64,000 bases of DNA from an uncultured Acidobacteriota bacterium (GCA_963823185.1 CAWGKP010000006.1:215113-279112), one strand, 5' to 3'. Numbered from the stretch's first letter, positions 54,074-63,387 are shown. Translations and numbers: made by a program. Notes: a model not told the origin generated them from the letters alone.

Positions 54074-54715
54074 GTGGAGGCGATGGGGATCCACGACTAT
54101 CGTTTCGTGACGCGCTGGCTGGTCGCGGGGACGCCCCGAGAGGTCCGCGACGTGCTCCGCGACCCCATGGACCTGCCGCGCTGGTGGCCGGCGGTCTATC
54201 GGCGCGCGGAGCAGATCCAGGCCGGCGACGCGGACGGGATCGGCCGGACGGTGCGCCTCCGCACGCGGGGATGGCTTCCCTACCGGCTCGACTGGATGCT
54301 CCGATTGACCGAGCAGCGCGGCGAGCAGGGGTTCGCGTTCGAGGCGGACGGCGACTTCCGCGGGCGTGGCGAATGGACCTTCGAGCCCGAGGGCGCCTTC
54401 GTCGAAGCGACGTTCGACTGGCGGATCGAGGCGCGGAAGCCTCTGCTGCGGTTTCTCGCGCCGGTCTTCCGCCCCGCGCTCGAGGCGAACCACCGCTGGG
54501 CGATGCGGCGCGGCGAGGAGAGTCTGCGGCTCGAGCTCGAGCGGCGGCGCGCCGCGTCCGAGTGGGAGCGCGAGCAGATCCCCGCGCCGCCCGGTCCCGC
54601 GATGGGGTCGGGTTGGGTGCTCGCCGGCGCCGGCGCGGCGGCCCTGGTCCTCGCCGCAGCGGGAGAGACGGCGCGCCGCCGGCGCGTTCGCCGCCGCTTC
54701 CGGCTCTGGAGATGA
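54074..54715 (+). CDS. SRPBCC (START/polyketide-cyclase-like) family protein with C-terminal hydrophobic tail
   Basis: YRFVTRWLVAGTPREVRDVLRDPMDLPRWWPAV...FEADGDFRGRGEWTFEP. ATG 54083 is an alternative start. Confidence 0.65.
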   Translation: MEAMGIHDYRFVTRWLVAGTPREVRDVLRDPMDLPRWWPAVYRRAEQIQAGDADGIGRTVRLRTRGWLPYRLDWMLRLTEQRGEQGFAFEADGDFRGRGEWTFEPEGAFVEATFDWRIEARKPLLRFLAPVFRPALEANHRWAMRRGEESLRLELERRRAASEWEREQIPAPPGPAMGSGWVLAGAGAAALVLAAAGETARRRRVRRRFRLWR

Positions 54716-54719
54716 CCGC

Positions 54720-55199
54720 TTGAGCCTCGACGTCCAGCTCCGAATGCTCGTCGACGTCGCGCTCGCGATGTTCTTCGGCGCCTTCATCGGGCTCGAGCGC
54801 GAGCTGCGCCGCAAGGCCGCGGGACTCCGCACGCACATGCTCGTCGCCGGCGCTGCGGCGATGCTCGTCGAGGGCGCCCGCGCCCTGGAGCATCAGTTTC
54901 TCGGGTCCTCCGCTCCGTCGCTCGTGCGCTTCGACCCGGTGCCGGTGATCACGGCCGTCGTCACGGCCGTCGGCTTCCTCGGCGCCGGCACGATCATCCG
55001 GCAGCACGACGAGGAGCACATCGAGGGCCTGACGACCGCGGCCTCGATGCTCTTCGCGGCGACGGTCGGCGCGTCGACGGCGCTTCGTCAGTATCCCTTC
55101 GCGGCGGGAGCGACTCTCCTCGCGCTCGCGACGCTGCACGTCGTCGGCGGGCTCGAGCGGCGCTTCGCCGCCCGGCACGGCGCGCCCCCGCGGTCCTGA
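54720..55199 (+). CDS. MgtC/SapB family membrane protein
   Basis: LVDVALAMFFGAFIGLERELRRKAAGLRTHMLVAGAAA...GFLGAGTIIR...GLTTAASMLFAATVG. TTG 54720 or ATG 54744 as start. Confidence 0.8.
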   Translation: MSLDVQLRMLVDVALAMFFGAFIGLERELRRKAAGLRTHMLVAGAAAMLVEGARALEHQFLGSSAPSLVRFDPVPVITAVVTAVGFLGAGTIIRQHDEEHIEGLTTAASMLFAATVGASTALRQYPFAAGATLLALATLHVVGGLERRFAARHGAPPRS

Positions 55200-55207
55200 G
55201 CCTCTCG

Positions 55208-56614
55208 ATGGATCCCGCGGCGAAGCTCTCCCGTGGGATCGGCCTCTTCGACGCGACGGCCCTCGTCGTCGGCTCGATGATCGGCTCCGGCATCTTCATC
55301 GTCTCGGCGGAGAGCGCGCGGCAGGTCGGATCCGCCGGCTGGCTGCTCGCGGCGTGGACGGTGGCCGGCCTCTCGACGATGGTCGCTTCGCTCTGCTGCG
55401 CGGAGCTCGCGGCGATGTTGCCTCGCGCCGGCGGACAGTACGTCTTCTTTCGCGAGGCCTACGGTCCGCTCGCCGGCTTTCTCTTCGGGTGGACCCTGAT
55501 GCTGGTCGTGCAGACGGGCACGATCGCCGCCGTCGCGGTCGCGTTCGGAAAGTTCCTGGGCGTCCTCGTGCCGGCGATCTCGTCGCGGCCGCTCTTCACC
55601 GCCGGGCCGGTCTCCGTGTCGGCGATACAGGTCGTCGCCATCGCCGTCATCCTCGTGCTGACGGCGTCGAACGCCACGGGAGTGAAGACCGGCACGCGGA
55701 CGCAGAACGTCTTCACGGTCGCGAAGTTCGCCGCGCTCCTCGGCCTGACGGCCGCGGGCCTCCTCCTGGGAGGCGGGCCGGTGGCGGCGCTTCGCGGGGA
55801 GAACCTGTGGCATGCCGCGTCTTCGTCGGGATCGGCGCTCGCGGGCGCGCCGCTCGCCCTGGCGTTCGGCACCGCGATGGCCGGTCCGCTCTTCGCGCAG
55901 TCGGCGTGGAACAACGTCACGTTCGCGGGCGAGGAGATCCGCGATCCGGGCCGCACGCTGCCGCGGGCGCTGCTCGCGGGATGCGCGATCGTCACGGTGC
56001 TCTACGTCGCGGCGAACGTCGCCTACCTGAACGTGCTCCCGTTGTCGGGAGTGGCCCGCGCTCCCGAGGACCGCGTGGCGACCGCGGTCGCCACCGCCCT
56101 CTTCGGTCCGCCCGCGGCCGCGGCCGTGGCGGCGGCGATCATGGTCTCGACCTTCGGGTGCGTCAACGGCCTCATCCTGTCGGGCGCGCGCGTCGGGTTC
56201 GCGATGGCGCGCGACGGGCTCTTCTTCCGCGGCCTCGACCGGATCAATCGGGCCGGCGTGCCCGGGAACGCGCTCCGGGCGCAGGCGGCGTGGGCCTCAC
56301 TGCTCGTCCTCTCGGGCAGCTACAGCGACCTCCTGAAATACGTCATCTCGGCGGACCTGCTCTTCTTCGTTCTGCTGGTGCTCGCGGTCGTCGTGCTGAG
56401 GCGCCGGCGGCCCGAGTGGCCGCGGCCGTTCCGGCTGCCGGGCGGCGCGCTGTTCCCGCTCCTCTACGCGGCGGGCGCCGGCGCGCTGATCCTGCTCCTG
56501 CTCTCCGCCAACCCGCGCACGACCTGGCCGGGCTACCTGATCGTCGGAGCCGGCGTTCCGGTCTACGCGCTCTGGAGGCGTCGCGGCGCCGACGCGGGCG
56601 CGACCCGCGCATGA
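55208..56614 (+). CDS. APC-superfamily amino-acid permease
   Basis: 468 aa, 12 TM. N-terminal GLFDATALVVGSMIGSGIFIV and AELAAMLPRAGGQYVF. Confidence 0.9.
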   Translation: MDPAAKLSRGIGLFDATALVVGSMIGSGIFIVSAESARQVGSAGWLLAAWTVAGLSTMVASLCCAELAAMLPRAGGQYVFFREAYGPLAGFLFGWTLMLVVQTGTIAAVAVAFGKFLGVLVPAISSRPLFTAGPVSVSAIQVVAIAVILVLTASNATGVKTGTRTQNVFTVAKFAALLGLTAAGLLLGGGPVAALRGENLWHAASSSGSALAGAPLALAFGTAMAGPLFAQSAWNNVTFAGEEIRDPGRTLPRALLAGCAIVTVLYVAANVAYLNVLPLSGVARAPEDRVATAVATALFGPPAAAAVAAAIMVSTFGCVNGLILSGARVGFAMARDGLFFRGLDRINRAGVPGNALRAQAAWASLLVLSGSYSDLLKYVISADLLFFVLLVLAVVVLRRRRPEWPRPFRLPGGALFPLLYAAGAGALILLLLSANPRTTWPGYLIVGAGVPVYALWRRRGADAGATRA

Positions 56615-58230
56615 GCGAGATCGCGCCGGAGATCCACGACCTCGCCGACGGCGCGGCCGTCGTCGAATACCGCGATGCGCCGGAGGACGAAGCCAACCGC
56701 GCCGCCGTCGCGCTCGGAGAGGCGCTGCTCGCGGAGCGGTTGCCGGGGCTGCGCGACGCCGTCCCCGGCGCGCGCACGCTCTTCCTCGCGTTCGATCCGC
56801 GGAGCCTTCCCCACGAGGCCCTCCGCCGCGAGATCCGGACACGCTCGGGCCTTTCTTCGGCGCCGCGGCCGCCGCGCCGGCACGAGATTCCCGTCCTCTA
56901 CGGCGTCGAGACGGGGGCGGACCTCGCGGAGCTCGCGGCGCACGCGGGGATGTCGCCCGAGGAGCTCTGCCGTCGCCACGCGGAAGGGGAGTACACGGTC
57001 GCGTTCCTCGGGTTCGCGCCGGGCTGGGCGTATCTCTCGGGGCTCGACCCGGCGCTCCACGCGCCGCGCCTGCCGACGCCGCGGCCGCGCGTGCCCGCGG
57101 GCTCCGTCGCGATCGGCGGCCCGTACACCGGCGTCTATCCCTCGGCGACGCCGGGAGGCTGGCGTCTCATCGGCCGGGCCGCGGTCCGTCTCTTCGACGA
57201 GGAGGCCGAGCCGCCCGCGCTCTTCGCGCCGGGAGACCTCGTCCGCTTCGCGGCGGTCGCGCCGGGGCGCTTCGCGGCGATGGAGGCGGAGATCGCCGCC
57301 GCGTCGTCGCGCGTCGCGACCTCTCCCGGCGGGCGTCCCGCGTTCCGCGTCGTGAAGTCGGGCGTCTTCGCGTCGGTTCAGGGCGCGCCGCGGCCGGGCG
57401 GGGGCGGCTCGGGACTGCCGCCCGGAGGCGCGATGGACGAGGGCGCGCTCGCGCATGGCAACGCGCTCCTCGGCAACCCGTCGGACGCGGCCGCGGTCGA
57501 GATGACGCTGCTCGGCCCGGAGCTCGAGGCGCTGTCGTCCTTCTTCGTCTGCGTCTCCGGCGCCGCGATGGCGCTCGAGCGCAACGGCGTGACGGCGTCC
57601 GCGTCCGCGCCGCTGCGGGTCGAGGCGGGAGATCGCCTCCGCTTCGGGCCGTCGCGCGACGCGATGCGCGCGTACCTTTGCGTCGAGGGCGGGCTCCGCG
57701 CGCCGGGACGGCTCGCACTGACGAAACGCCTCGAGCCCGGTGAGATCCTGATGGTTCCGCCGGGCGCGGCGCGCGACGCCCGCGCGGCCGCTCGCGCGTC
57801 GGAGTCCTCGAACCCCTCCGTGAAGGGCGGCGCCGAGCTCTTGCTGCGCGTCGTCCTCGACCCGCGCCGCGAGCGCTTCTTCGAGCGCCGCTCGATCGAG
57901 ACGTTCTTGTCGCAATCGTTCCGCGTCTCCTCGACGAGCGACCGCCGCGGAATCCGGCTGGAGGGATCGCCCCTCGCGGCGGCCGGGTCGTCCGAAATGC
58001 CGCCGGAGGGAACGGCCCGCGGCACGATCCAGGTGCCGCTCGACGGGCAGCCGATCCTCCTCGGGCCCGACCGCCCGATCACGGGGGGCTATGCGCGCAT
58101 CGGCGCCGTCATCGCCGCCGACTGGCCGCTCGCGGCGCAGGCGCCCCCGGGGCGCGCCGTGCGGTTCGAGGCGGTGACCCTGGCCGAGGCCCTGGCCGCT
58201 CGGGCGGGGATACAATTTTCGAGCGCATGA
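56611..58230 (+). CDS. pxpBC: fused 5-oxoprolinase subunits PxpB-PxpC (KipI-KipA / allophanate hydrolase subunit 1+2 homologues)
   Basis: C-terminal part of track ORF 55354..58230. B-part: YTVAFLGFAPGWAYLSGLDPALHAPRLPTPRPRVPAGSVAIGGPYTGVYPSATPGGWRLIG. C-part: PPGGAMDEGALAHGNALLGNP...GIRLEG...GTIQVPLDGQPILLGPDRPITGGYARIGAV. ATGA overlaps the permease stop. Confidence 0.85.
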   Translation: MSEIAPEIHDLADGAAVVEYRDAPEDEANRAAVALGEALLAERLPGLRDAVPGARTLFLAFDPRSLPHEALRREIRTRSGLSSAPRPPRRHEIPVLYGVETGADLAELAAHAGMSPEELCRRHAEGEYTVAFLGFAPGWAYLSGLDPALHAPRLPTPRPRVPAGSVAIGGPYTGVYPSATPGGWRLIGRAAVRLFDEEAEPPALFAPGDLVRFAAVAPGRFAAMEAEIAAASSRVATSPGGRPAFRVVKSGVFASVQGAPRPGGGGSGLPPGGAMDEGALAHGNALLGNPSDAAAVEMTLLGPELEALSSFFVCVSGAAMALERNGVTASASAPLRVEAGDRLRFGPSRDAMRAYLCVEGGLRAPGRLALTKRLEPGEILMVPPGAARDARAAARASESSNPSVKGGAELLLRVVLDPRRERFFERRSIETFLSQSFRVSSTSDRRGIRLEGSPLAAAGSSEMPPEGTARGTIQVPLDGQPILLGPDRPITGGYARIGAVIAADWPLAAQAPPGRAVRFEAVTLAEALAARAGIQFSSA

Positions 58231-59015
58231 CCACGATCGACCTGAACGCCGACGTCGGCGAGGGGATGCCGGACGAGGAGCTGCTGCCGTACCTCACGTC
58301 GGCCAACGTGGCGTGCGGCTTCCACGCCGGCGATCCCTCGACGATGGACCGCACCGTGGCGGCGGCGCTGGCGCGCGGCATTCGGGTCGGCGCGCACCCG
58401 GGATTCGCGGATCGCGAGAATTTCGGGCGCGCGGCGGTCGACATGCCGGCGGACCAGATCGAGAAGCTCGTCCTCTACCAGATCGGCGCCCTCGACGGAT
58501 TCGTGCGGGCGCGCGGCGGAACGCTCGCGCACGTGAAGCCGCACGGCGGGCTCTACCACATGGCGGGACAGTTCCCCGACGTGGCGCGCGCGATCGCCGA
58601 AGGCGTGCGGCGGTTCCACCCCGCGTTGATCCTCGTCGGCGCGGTCGGCTCGATGCTCCTCGAAGCGGGCCGCGAGGCCGGGCTCTCCGTGGCGGGAGAG
58701 GCGTTTGCCGACCGCCGCTATCTTCCGGACGGAAATCTCGTGCCGCGCTCGCGGCCCGACGCGCTCCTGACCGATCCGGACGCGGCGGCGGCTCAGGCCG
58801 TGTCGCTCGTGTGCGAGGGGTCCGCGGTGGCGACCGACGGGACGCGGCTGCATCTCCAACCCGACACGATCTGCCTGCACGGCGACACGCCCGGCGCACC
58901 GGCGATCGCGCGCCGCGTCGGTGAACGACTGCGCGACTGCGGCGTCCGCGTCGCTCCGATGGAGGCGCTGCCGCCCGGAGCGCACGCGGCCGCCTCTCTG
59001 GAGGCCCGACCATGA
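58227..59015 (+). CDS. pxpA: 5-oxoprolinase subunit PxpA (LamB/YcsF family)
   Basis: IDLNADVGEG...NVACGFHAGDPSTM...GAHPGFADRENFGR...VKPHGGLY. Confidence 0.9.
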   Translation: MTTIDLNADVGEGMPDEELLPYLTSANVACGFHAGDPSTMDRTVAAALARGIRVGAHPGFADRENFGRAAVDMPADQIEKLVLYQIGALDGFVRARGGTLAHVKPHGGLYHMAGQFPDVARAIAEGVRRFHPALILVGAVGSMLLEAGREAGLSVAGEAFADRRYLPDGNLVPRSRPDALLTDPDAAAAQAVSLVCEGSAVATDGTRLHLQPDTICLHGDTPGAPAIARRVGERLRDCGVRVAPMEALPPGAHAAASLEARP

Positions 59016-59542
59016 GCGAGATGGAAGAGCTCGAGCCGGACGTCTCGACTCCGCCGCCGGGCTGGCGCGAGAAGCTCTGGGCGGTCGGCGCGACCGCGGG
59101 GCGCGTGCTCGAGACGCGCGCGGCGATGTTCCAGGAGGAGCTCGCGGAGAAGGGAACGCTCTTCGGCAAGGCGCTCGCGTCGCTCTTCGTGGCGATCCTC
59201 TTCGGGACGCTCGCGGGCCTGCTGCTGACGGCGCTCCTCGCCGCCGTGTTCGCGCGTCTCTTCGGAAGCCCGATCCTCGGCATCCTCGCGACGCTCGTTC
59301 TCTACGCCGGCGTGGCGGCGGCCGCCGGCGTCTTCGGCGTCCGCCAGATGACCCGCGTCCGCCCGCTCGATTTCCCGGCGACGCGGCGGGAGATCGACCG
59401 CGATCTCGAGGCCGTCAAGCGCGCCGCGGGCGTGGGCGAGAAATCGGACGCCGAGAAGGGACCCGATGACCACCCGGTTCCGGCCCGCGCCGGCGAGACG
59501 CCGGAGGAGATCGAGGCCCGCCTGCGGGAGAGCGCCGGATGA
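59012..59542 (+). CDS. YqjE/DUF1469-like membrane protein (family often labelled 'phage holin family')
   Basis: 176 aa. LETRAAMFQEELAEKG lead-in followed by two TM helices. ATGA overlaps on both sides. Confidence 0.55.
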   Translation: MSEMEELEPDVSTPPPGWREKLWAVGATAGRVLETRAAMFQEELAEKGTLFGKALASLFVAILFGTLAGLLLTALLAAVFARLFGSPILGILATLVLYAGVAAAAGVFGVRQMTRVRPLDFPATRREIDRDLEAVKRAAGVGEKSDAEKGPDDHPVPARAGETPEEIEARLRESAG

Positions 59543-59817
59543 GCACGCGCGAAGAACGGCTGGTGAACCTCTCGATCCGCGCCGAGGCCGAGCGCCGCGA
59601 TCTCGCCGCCGCGATCGGCGAGGTGCGCTCCGGCGTCGAGGAGAAGCGCGCCCGCTACACGTCGATCGGGTTCTGGACCGGCACGCTCGCGGCGGGCGTC
59701 GTCGGCGCCTACCGGCTGTTTGGCCGCAACTCGTTTTCGTCCCGCGTCAATCGCTGGAGCATGGCGGGCTCGCTCGCCCTCGCGGTGGCGCGCTTCCTCT
59801 TCCGGCTCTTCCGCTGA
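59539..59817 (+). CDS. YqjK-like small membrane protein
   Basis: 92 aa. REERLVNLSIRAEAERRDLAAAIGEV, then hydrophobic segments. It sits after a YqjE-like gene, as in enterobacterial yqjE-yqjK. Soft call. Confidence 0.5.
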   Translation: MSTREERLVNLSIRAEAERRDLAAAIGEVRSGVEEKRARYTSIGFWTGTLAAGVVGAYRLFGRNSFSSRVNRWSMAGSLALAVARFLFRLFR

Positions 59818-59963
59818 GGCGGCCGGCCGCTGACCTCTCCGGGCGTCGGACTGACTCTCGCCGGGGACGGCCGTAGCGGTGCCCGGCATCGGCAAGTGCT
59901 TTGGACCGAGCGCTTTCGATCTGGCATCGCCGTTGCGATGGAATCCGGCCGGAGGTATTGGAG

Positions 59964-60362
59964 ATGAAGTCCCTGCGTGCGATTGCGATCCCGGCCGTCC
60001 TGGCCGTCGCGGCTTTCTTCGCGTCACCCGGCACGGCCTCCGCCGGGGGACATTTCCACGGAGGCGGACACTTCCACGGAGGCTTTCATTCGGCGCACGT
60101 CCGCGTCGCCGTTGGAGTTCCATTCTTCGCGCCTTCCGTCGTCGTCGCGGCGCCCTATGCCGCGTACTCCTCCTGTCCGTCGCCCTACGCGTACGGGTAC
60201 GGGGCGCCTTACGCGTACCCCTACGGATACGGCTACGCGGGCTACGGAGCGCCGGTCGCCTACTTCTCGGTCCGCGCGCGCGGCTTCCCGGTCGCGCACT
60301 TCCACGGTGGCGGGCACGGCCACGGTGGATTCCACGGCCACGTCGCCGTCCACCACCACTGA
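59964..60362 (+). CDS. secreted His/Gly/Tyr-rich low-complexity protein
   Basis: GGAGGTATTGGAG then ATG. Signal peptide MKSLRAIAIPAVLAVAAFFASPGTASA. Mature part GGHFHGGGHFHGGFHSAH...YAYGYGAPYAYPYGYGYAGYG...HFHGGGHGHGGFHGHVAVHHH. Confidence 0.65.
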   Translation: MKSLRAIAIPAVLAVAAFFASPGTASAGGHFHGGGHFHGGFHSAHVRVAVGVPFFAPSVVVAAPYAAYSSCPSPYAYGYGAPYAYPYGYGYAGYGAPVAYFSVRARGFPVAHFHGGGHGHGGFHGHVAVHHH

Positions 60363-60367
60363 CCCGG

Positions 60368-60586
60368 CCGTCGGGTTCTCCCGTTCGCAACGCGACCAAG
60401 GTTTGCGAAGTTCACCGAGCAAACCGACTCGCGTTGCGGGAGCCGGAGCGCAGCGAGCGAATCAGGCGAGCGATCGAGCCCCTTTGGGCGAGCCGCGAGC
60501 AGGTGGCGCGCCCCGAATCCGTGACAGACCCGCGATGGCCGACGGCATGAGGGCGCGTCAGATTCGCGAGCAAGCGAAGGCGACGG
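60368..60586 (-). repeat. 219-bp intergenic repeat with CCGTCG...CGACGG termini (MITE-like), copy B
   Basis: Fills the whole gap between convergent genes. It begins 5 nt after the stop of 59964..60362 and ends 1 nt before the stop (60588..60590) of the SGNH hydrolase gene. Same orientation relative to the abutted gene as copies A and C. Confidence 0.75.
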
Positions 60587-60587
60587 T

Positions 60588-61394
60588 CTACTCCAGAACC
60601 TGCAGGAAACGCGTCGCGATGAGGCCGTAGCCCTCGCGGTTCGGGTGGAAGTGGTCGATCGCGAGGCGATCCTCGCGGCCCTCGAAGAGATCGAAGGTCG
60701 GCACGACGACCACGTTCGGAAATGAGAACGCCGTCTCCTGCGCAACGGTGTTCCAGTTCAGGATCACGGACTTTCCGAGACGCGTCGAGCCGGTGACGCT
60801 CTCGAACGGATCGTAGAGCGCGAGCAGGCGGATCGGCGCCTCGGGATTGGCCTCCCGCAGTCCCGCCAGGATCGCGCGCAGATTCCCGGCGTAAGCGTCG
60901 CGGGCGCGGGCGACATCCTCGAGCGGAGACGGCGCCCGGGCATCGGCGCGCGGCACCGCGTGCGACAGGTCGTTGCCGCCGACCGAGACGAGGATCCAGG
61001 CGGCGTTGGCCGCGAGCGAGCGGACGTTCGGCTTCTCCGACAGGTCCCGCACTTCGTCCGACTCGGCGCCGTTGATGCCGAGGTTCGCGATCTCGACGGG
61101 GCCGCGCTTGCGGAGCCCGTCGAGGACGTCCGCGGCGAACCCGCGGCCCGACTCGTCTCCGGTGCCGCGGGCGAGCGAGTCGCCGAGCACGAGGAGCAGC
61201 CGGCCGTTGACGCGCGGCGGCGGCAACGACGCGGCGCGGGCCTCGGGTGGCGGCGCGCCGAGCGGCCGGCCGGCCGCACCCCGGAGCGCGAGGACGAACC
61301 CGGCGGCGAAGAGAAGCGTCGCGGCGACGCCGACCGCCGCCGGCAGTCTCCAGAGCCAGAACCGCGAGGATCCGGTCGCCACGGCGAGGATCAT
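60588..61394 (-). CDS. SGNH/GDSL-family hydrolase
   Basis: Signal anchor. Block I LVLGDSLARGTGD, block II NLGINGAES, block III VSVGGND, block V DHFHPN. Confidence 0.85.
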   Translation of the reverse strand: MILAVATGSSRFWLWRLPAAVGVAATLLFAAGFVLALRGAAGRPLGAPPPEARAASLPPPRVNGRLLLVLGDSLARGTGDESGRGFAADVLDGLRKRGPVEIANLGINGAESDEVRDLSEKPNVRSLAANAAWILVSVGGNDLSHAVPRADARAPSPLEDVARARDAYAGNLRAILAGLREANPEAPIRLLALYDPFESVTGSTRLGKSVILNWNTVAQETAFSFPNVVVVPTFDLFEGREDRLAIDHFHPNREGYGLIATRFLQVLE

Positions 61395-61435
61395 ATGCAG
61401 GGCCCGAACGGCCGGCTTGTGAGAGATTCTCCGGC

Positions 61436-62353
61436 GTGGGCGAGCCCGTCCTCGCGGCCGAGCATCTGACCAAGCGGTTCGGCGATCGCACGGCGGTCTC
61501 CGACGTCTCCTTCGAAGTGCCGGCCGGCGAGGTCTTCGGGTTTCTCGGCCCGAACGGCGCCGGCAAGACGACGACGATCCGCATGCTCGTCGGGCTCGCG
61601 CGGCCCGACCGGGGGACCGTCCGGATCCGGGGCCTGGACGTGGCCGCCGAGTTTTCGCGCGCGATGGCGCACGTCGGATGCATCGTCGAGTCGCCCGACC
61701 TCTATCCGTACCTGACCGGCCGCGAGAACCTGCTGCACTTCGCGCGCATGCTTCCGGACGGCGCGGCCGCGCGGATTCCCGAACTCGCGTCGCTCGTGGC
61801 GCTCGGCGAGCGGCTGGACGACAAGGTCTCGACCTACTCGCTCGGGATGCGTCAGCGGCTCGGCATCGCGCAGGCTCTGCTCGGCGCGCCGGACGTCCTG
61901 ATCCTCGACGAGCCCGCGAACGGCCTCGATCCGGCCGGCATCCGCGAGATCCGCCGCCTCGTGCGCTCGCTCGCCGAGGAGCGCGGGATCTCCGTCTTCG
62001 TGTCGAGCCACCTGCTCTCGGAGGTCGAGCAGATGTGCGACCGCGTGGCGATCATCCACCGCGGCAAGACGCTCTCGACCGGCCCCGTCGCGGAGCTCCT
62101 CTCGCGCACGGCCTCCGGACATCGCGTCGTCGCGCGGCCGGGCGAGCGAGCGGTCGAAGTGCTCGAGCGCGTCTTCCCGGGGCGCGTCGAGCGGGAAGGG
62201 CCCGAGACGTTCCTCGTGGCCGCGGGCGGCGCCGACATGCCGGCGGCCGTGCGCGCGCTCGTCGAGGCCGGCGTCGAGGTGGCGGCCGTGGAGCGCCGCG
62301 CTTCCACCCTCGAGGACGTGTTTCTGGAGATCACGGGAGGGGAGACGGTATGA
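61436..62353 (+). CDS. ABC transporter ATP-binding protein (ABC-2 type)
   Basis: GPNGAGKTT, YSLGMRQRLGIAQAL, LILDEPANGLD, SSHLL. GTG 61436 chosen within track ORF 61247..62353. Confidence 0.85.
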   Translation: MGEPVLAAEHLTKRFGDRTAVSDVSFEVPAGEVFGFLGPNGAGKTTTIRMLVGLARPDRGTVRIRGLDVAAEFSRAMAHVGCIVESPDLYPYLTGRENLLHFARMLPDGAAARIPELASLVALGERLDDKVSTYSLGMRQRLGIAQALLGAPDVLILDEPANGLDPAGIREIRRLVRSLAEERGISVFVSSHLLSEVEQMCDRVAIIHRGKTLSTGPVAELLSRTASGHRVVARPGERAVEVLERVFPGRVEREGPETFLVAAGGADMPAAVRALVEAGVEVAAVERRASTLEDVFLEITGGETV

Positions 62354-63330
62354 GGTTCCTGCCGCTCGTCGAGAACGAGGTCCTGAAGCTGTGGAAGCGG
62401 CGGCGGTTCCGGCTCGTGCTCGCGATCCTCATCGCGTTGATCGGCATCATCGTGTTCGCGCAGGTCGAGGGGCGTCGCCGGTTTCACACGAAGGACTGGC
62501 GCATCGACACGCAGGAGCAGGTCTCGCGCATGCGCAACTGGCTGCGGCAGGGCCGGCTCCCGGACACGCAGCGCCGCTGGGTGCAGTTCGAGATCGCGCG
62601 CCTGCAGTACTACCTCGACCGCAACATGAATCCCGAGGACACGTCGGGGCCGCTCTTCTCGCGCGGATTCGCGAGCGCGTCGAGCTACCTCCTGCTTCCG
62701 CTGCTCGCGATCGTCTTCGCGGCGGACATCGTTTCGTCGGAGTTCTCCGAGGGGACGGTCAAGCTCCTGCTGACGCGGCCGATCGGCCGCCGCCGCGTGC
62801 TCGCGTCGAAGCTCGTGGCGCTCCTGCTCGCCGTCGGGCTCACGGTGCTCGTGGGCGGGATCGTGGCGTATCTCTTCGGCGGCCTCGCATACGGATATCG
62901 GGGATGGGGAGCGCCGTTCCTGACGGGATTCCGTCTGACGTCCGCCGAGGCGCTCGACTCTTCCGCCGTGCGCGCGGTGCCGCTCTGGCAGGACGCCATT
63001 CTGTCCTTCGGCCTCGCGTGGTTCGCCGCCGCCGCGGTCGCGGTGATCGGATTCATGACGTCCGTCCTCCTGCGCTCGACGGCCGCCTCGATGGGGACGA
63101 TGTTCGCCGCGTTGATTCTCGGAACGATCCTGCCGCGGCTCGCGTCCACCTGGGAGTTCCAGAAATACCTCTTCGTCACGAACCTGCCGCTGCCCGATTA
63201 CGCCACGGGCACGCCGCCTCCCATTCCCGGAATGACGGTCCCGTTCTCGGTCGCGGTGCTCGCGGTGTGGGCGGCCGGCGCCCTCGCGGTCTCCTTCGAG
63301 GTCTTCGCCCGGCGCGACGTTCTCGCGTGA
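62350..63330 (+). CDS. ABC-2 family transporter permease
   Basis: C-terminal part of track ORF 61678..63330. 6 TM, SEFSEGTVKLLLTRPIGRRRVLASK motif. ATGA overlap. Confidence 0.8.
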   Translation: MRFLPLVENEVLKLWKRRRFRLVLAILIALIGIIVFAQVEGRRRFHTKDWRIDTQEQVSRMRNWLRQGRLPDTQRRWVQFEIARLQYYLDRNMNPEDTSGPLFSRGFASASSYLLLPLLAIVFAADIVSSEFSEGTVKLLLTRPIGRRRVLASKLVALLLAVGLTVLVGGIVAYLFGGLAYGYRGWGAPFLTGFRLTSAEALDSSAVRAVPLWQDAILSFGLAWFAAAAVAVIGFMTSVLLRSTAASMGTMFAALILGTILPRLASTWEFQKYLFVTNLPLPDYATGTPPPIPGMTVPFSVAVLAVWAAGALAVSFEVFARRDVLA

Positions 63331-63367
63331 CCGTCGGACCGGGCTGATAGAATCCCGCCGAAGTTTG

Positions 63368-63387
63368 CGGCGCCCCCCGCGGCGCCG
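63368..63387 (+). terminator. possible intrinsic terminator hairpin after the ABC-2 operon
   Basis: CGGCGCC-CCCCGC-GGCGCCG (7-bp GC stem) followed by GTTTCGATT. The T-tract is weak. Confidence 0.3.

Noticed and set aside
59012-59542. A 'phage holin family' protein as evidence of a prophage
   Set aside because: The family (DUF1469/YqjE-like) is a common chromosomal membrane-stress gene. There are no phage structural, lysis or integration genes around it.
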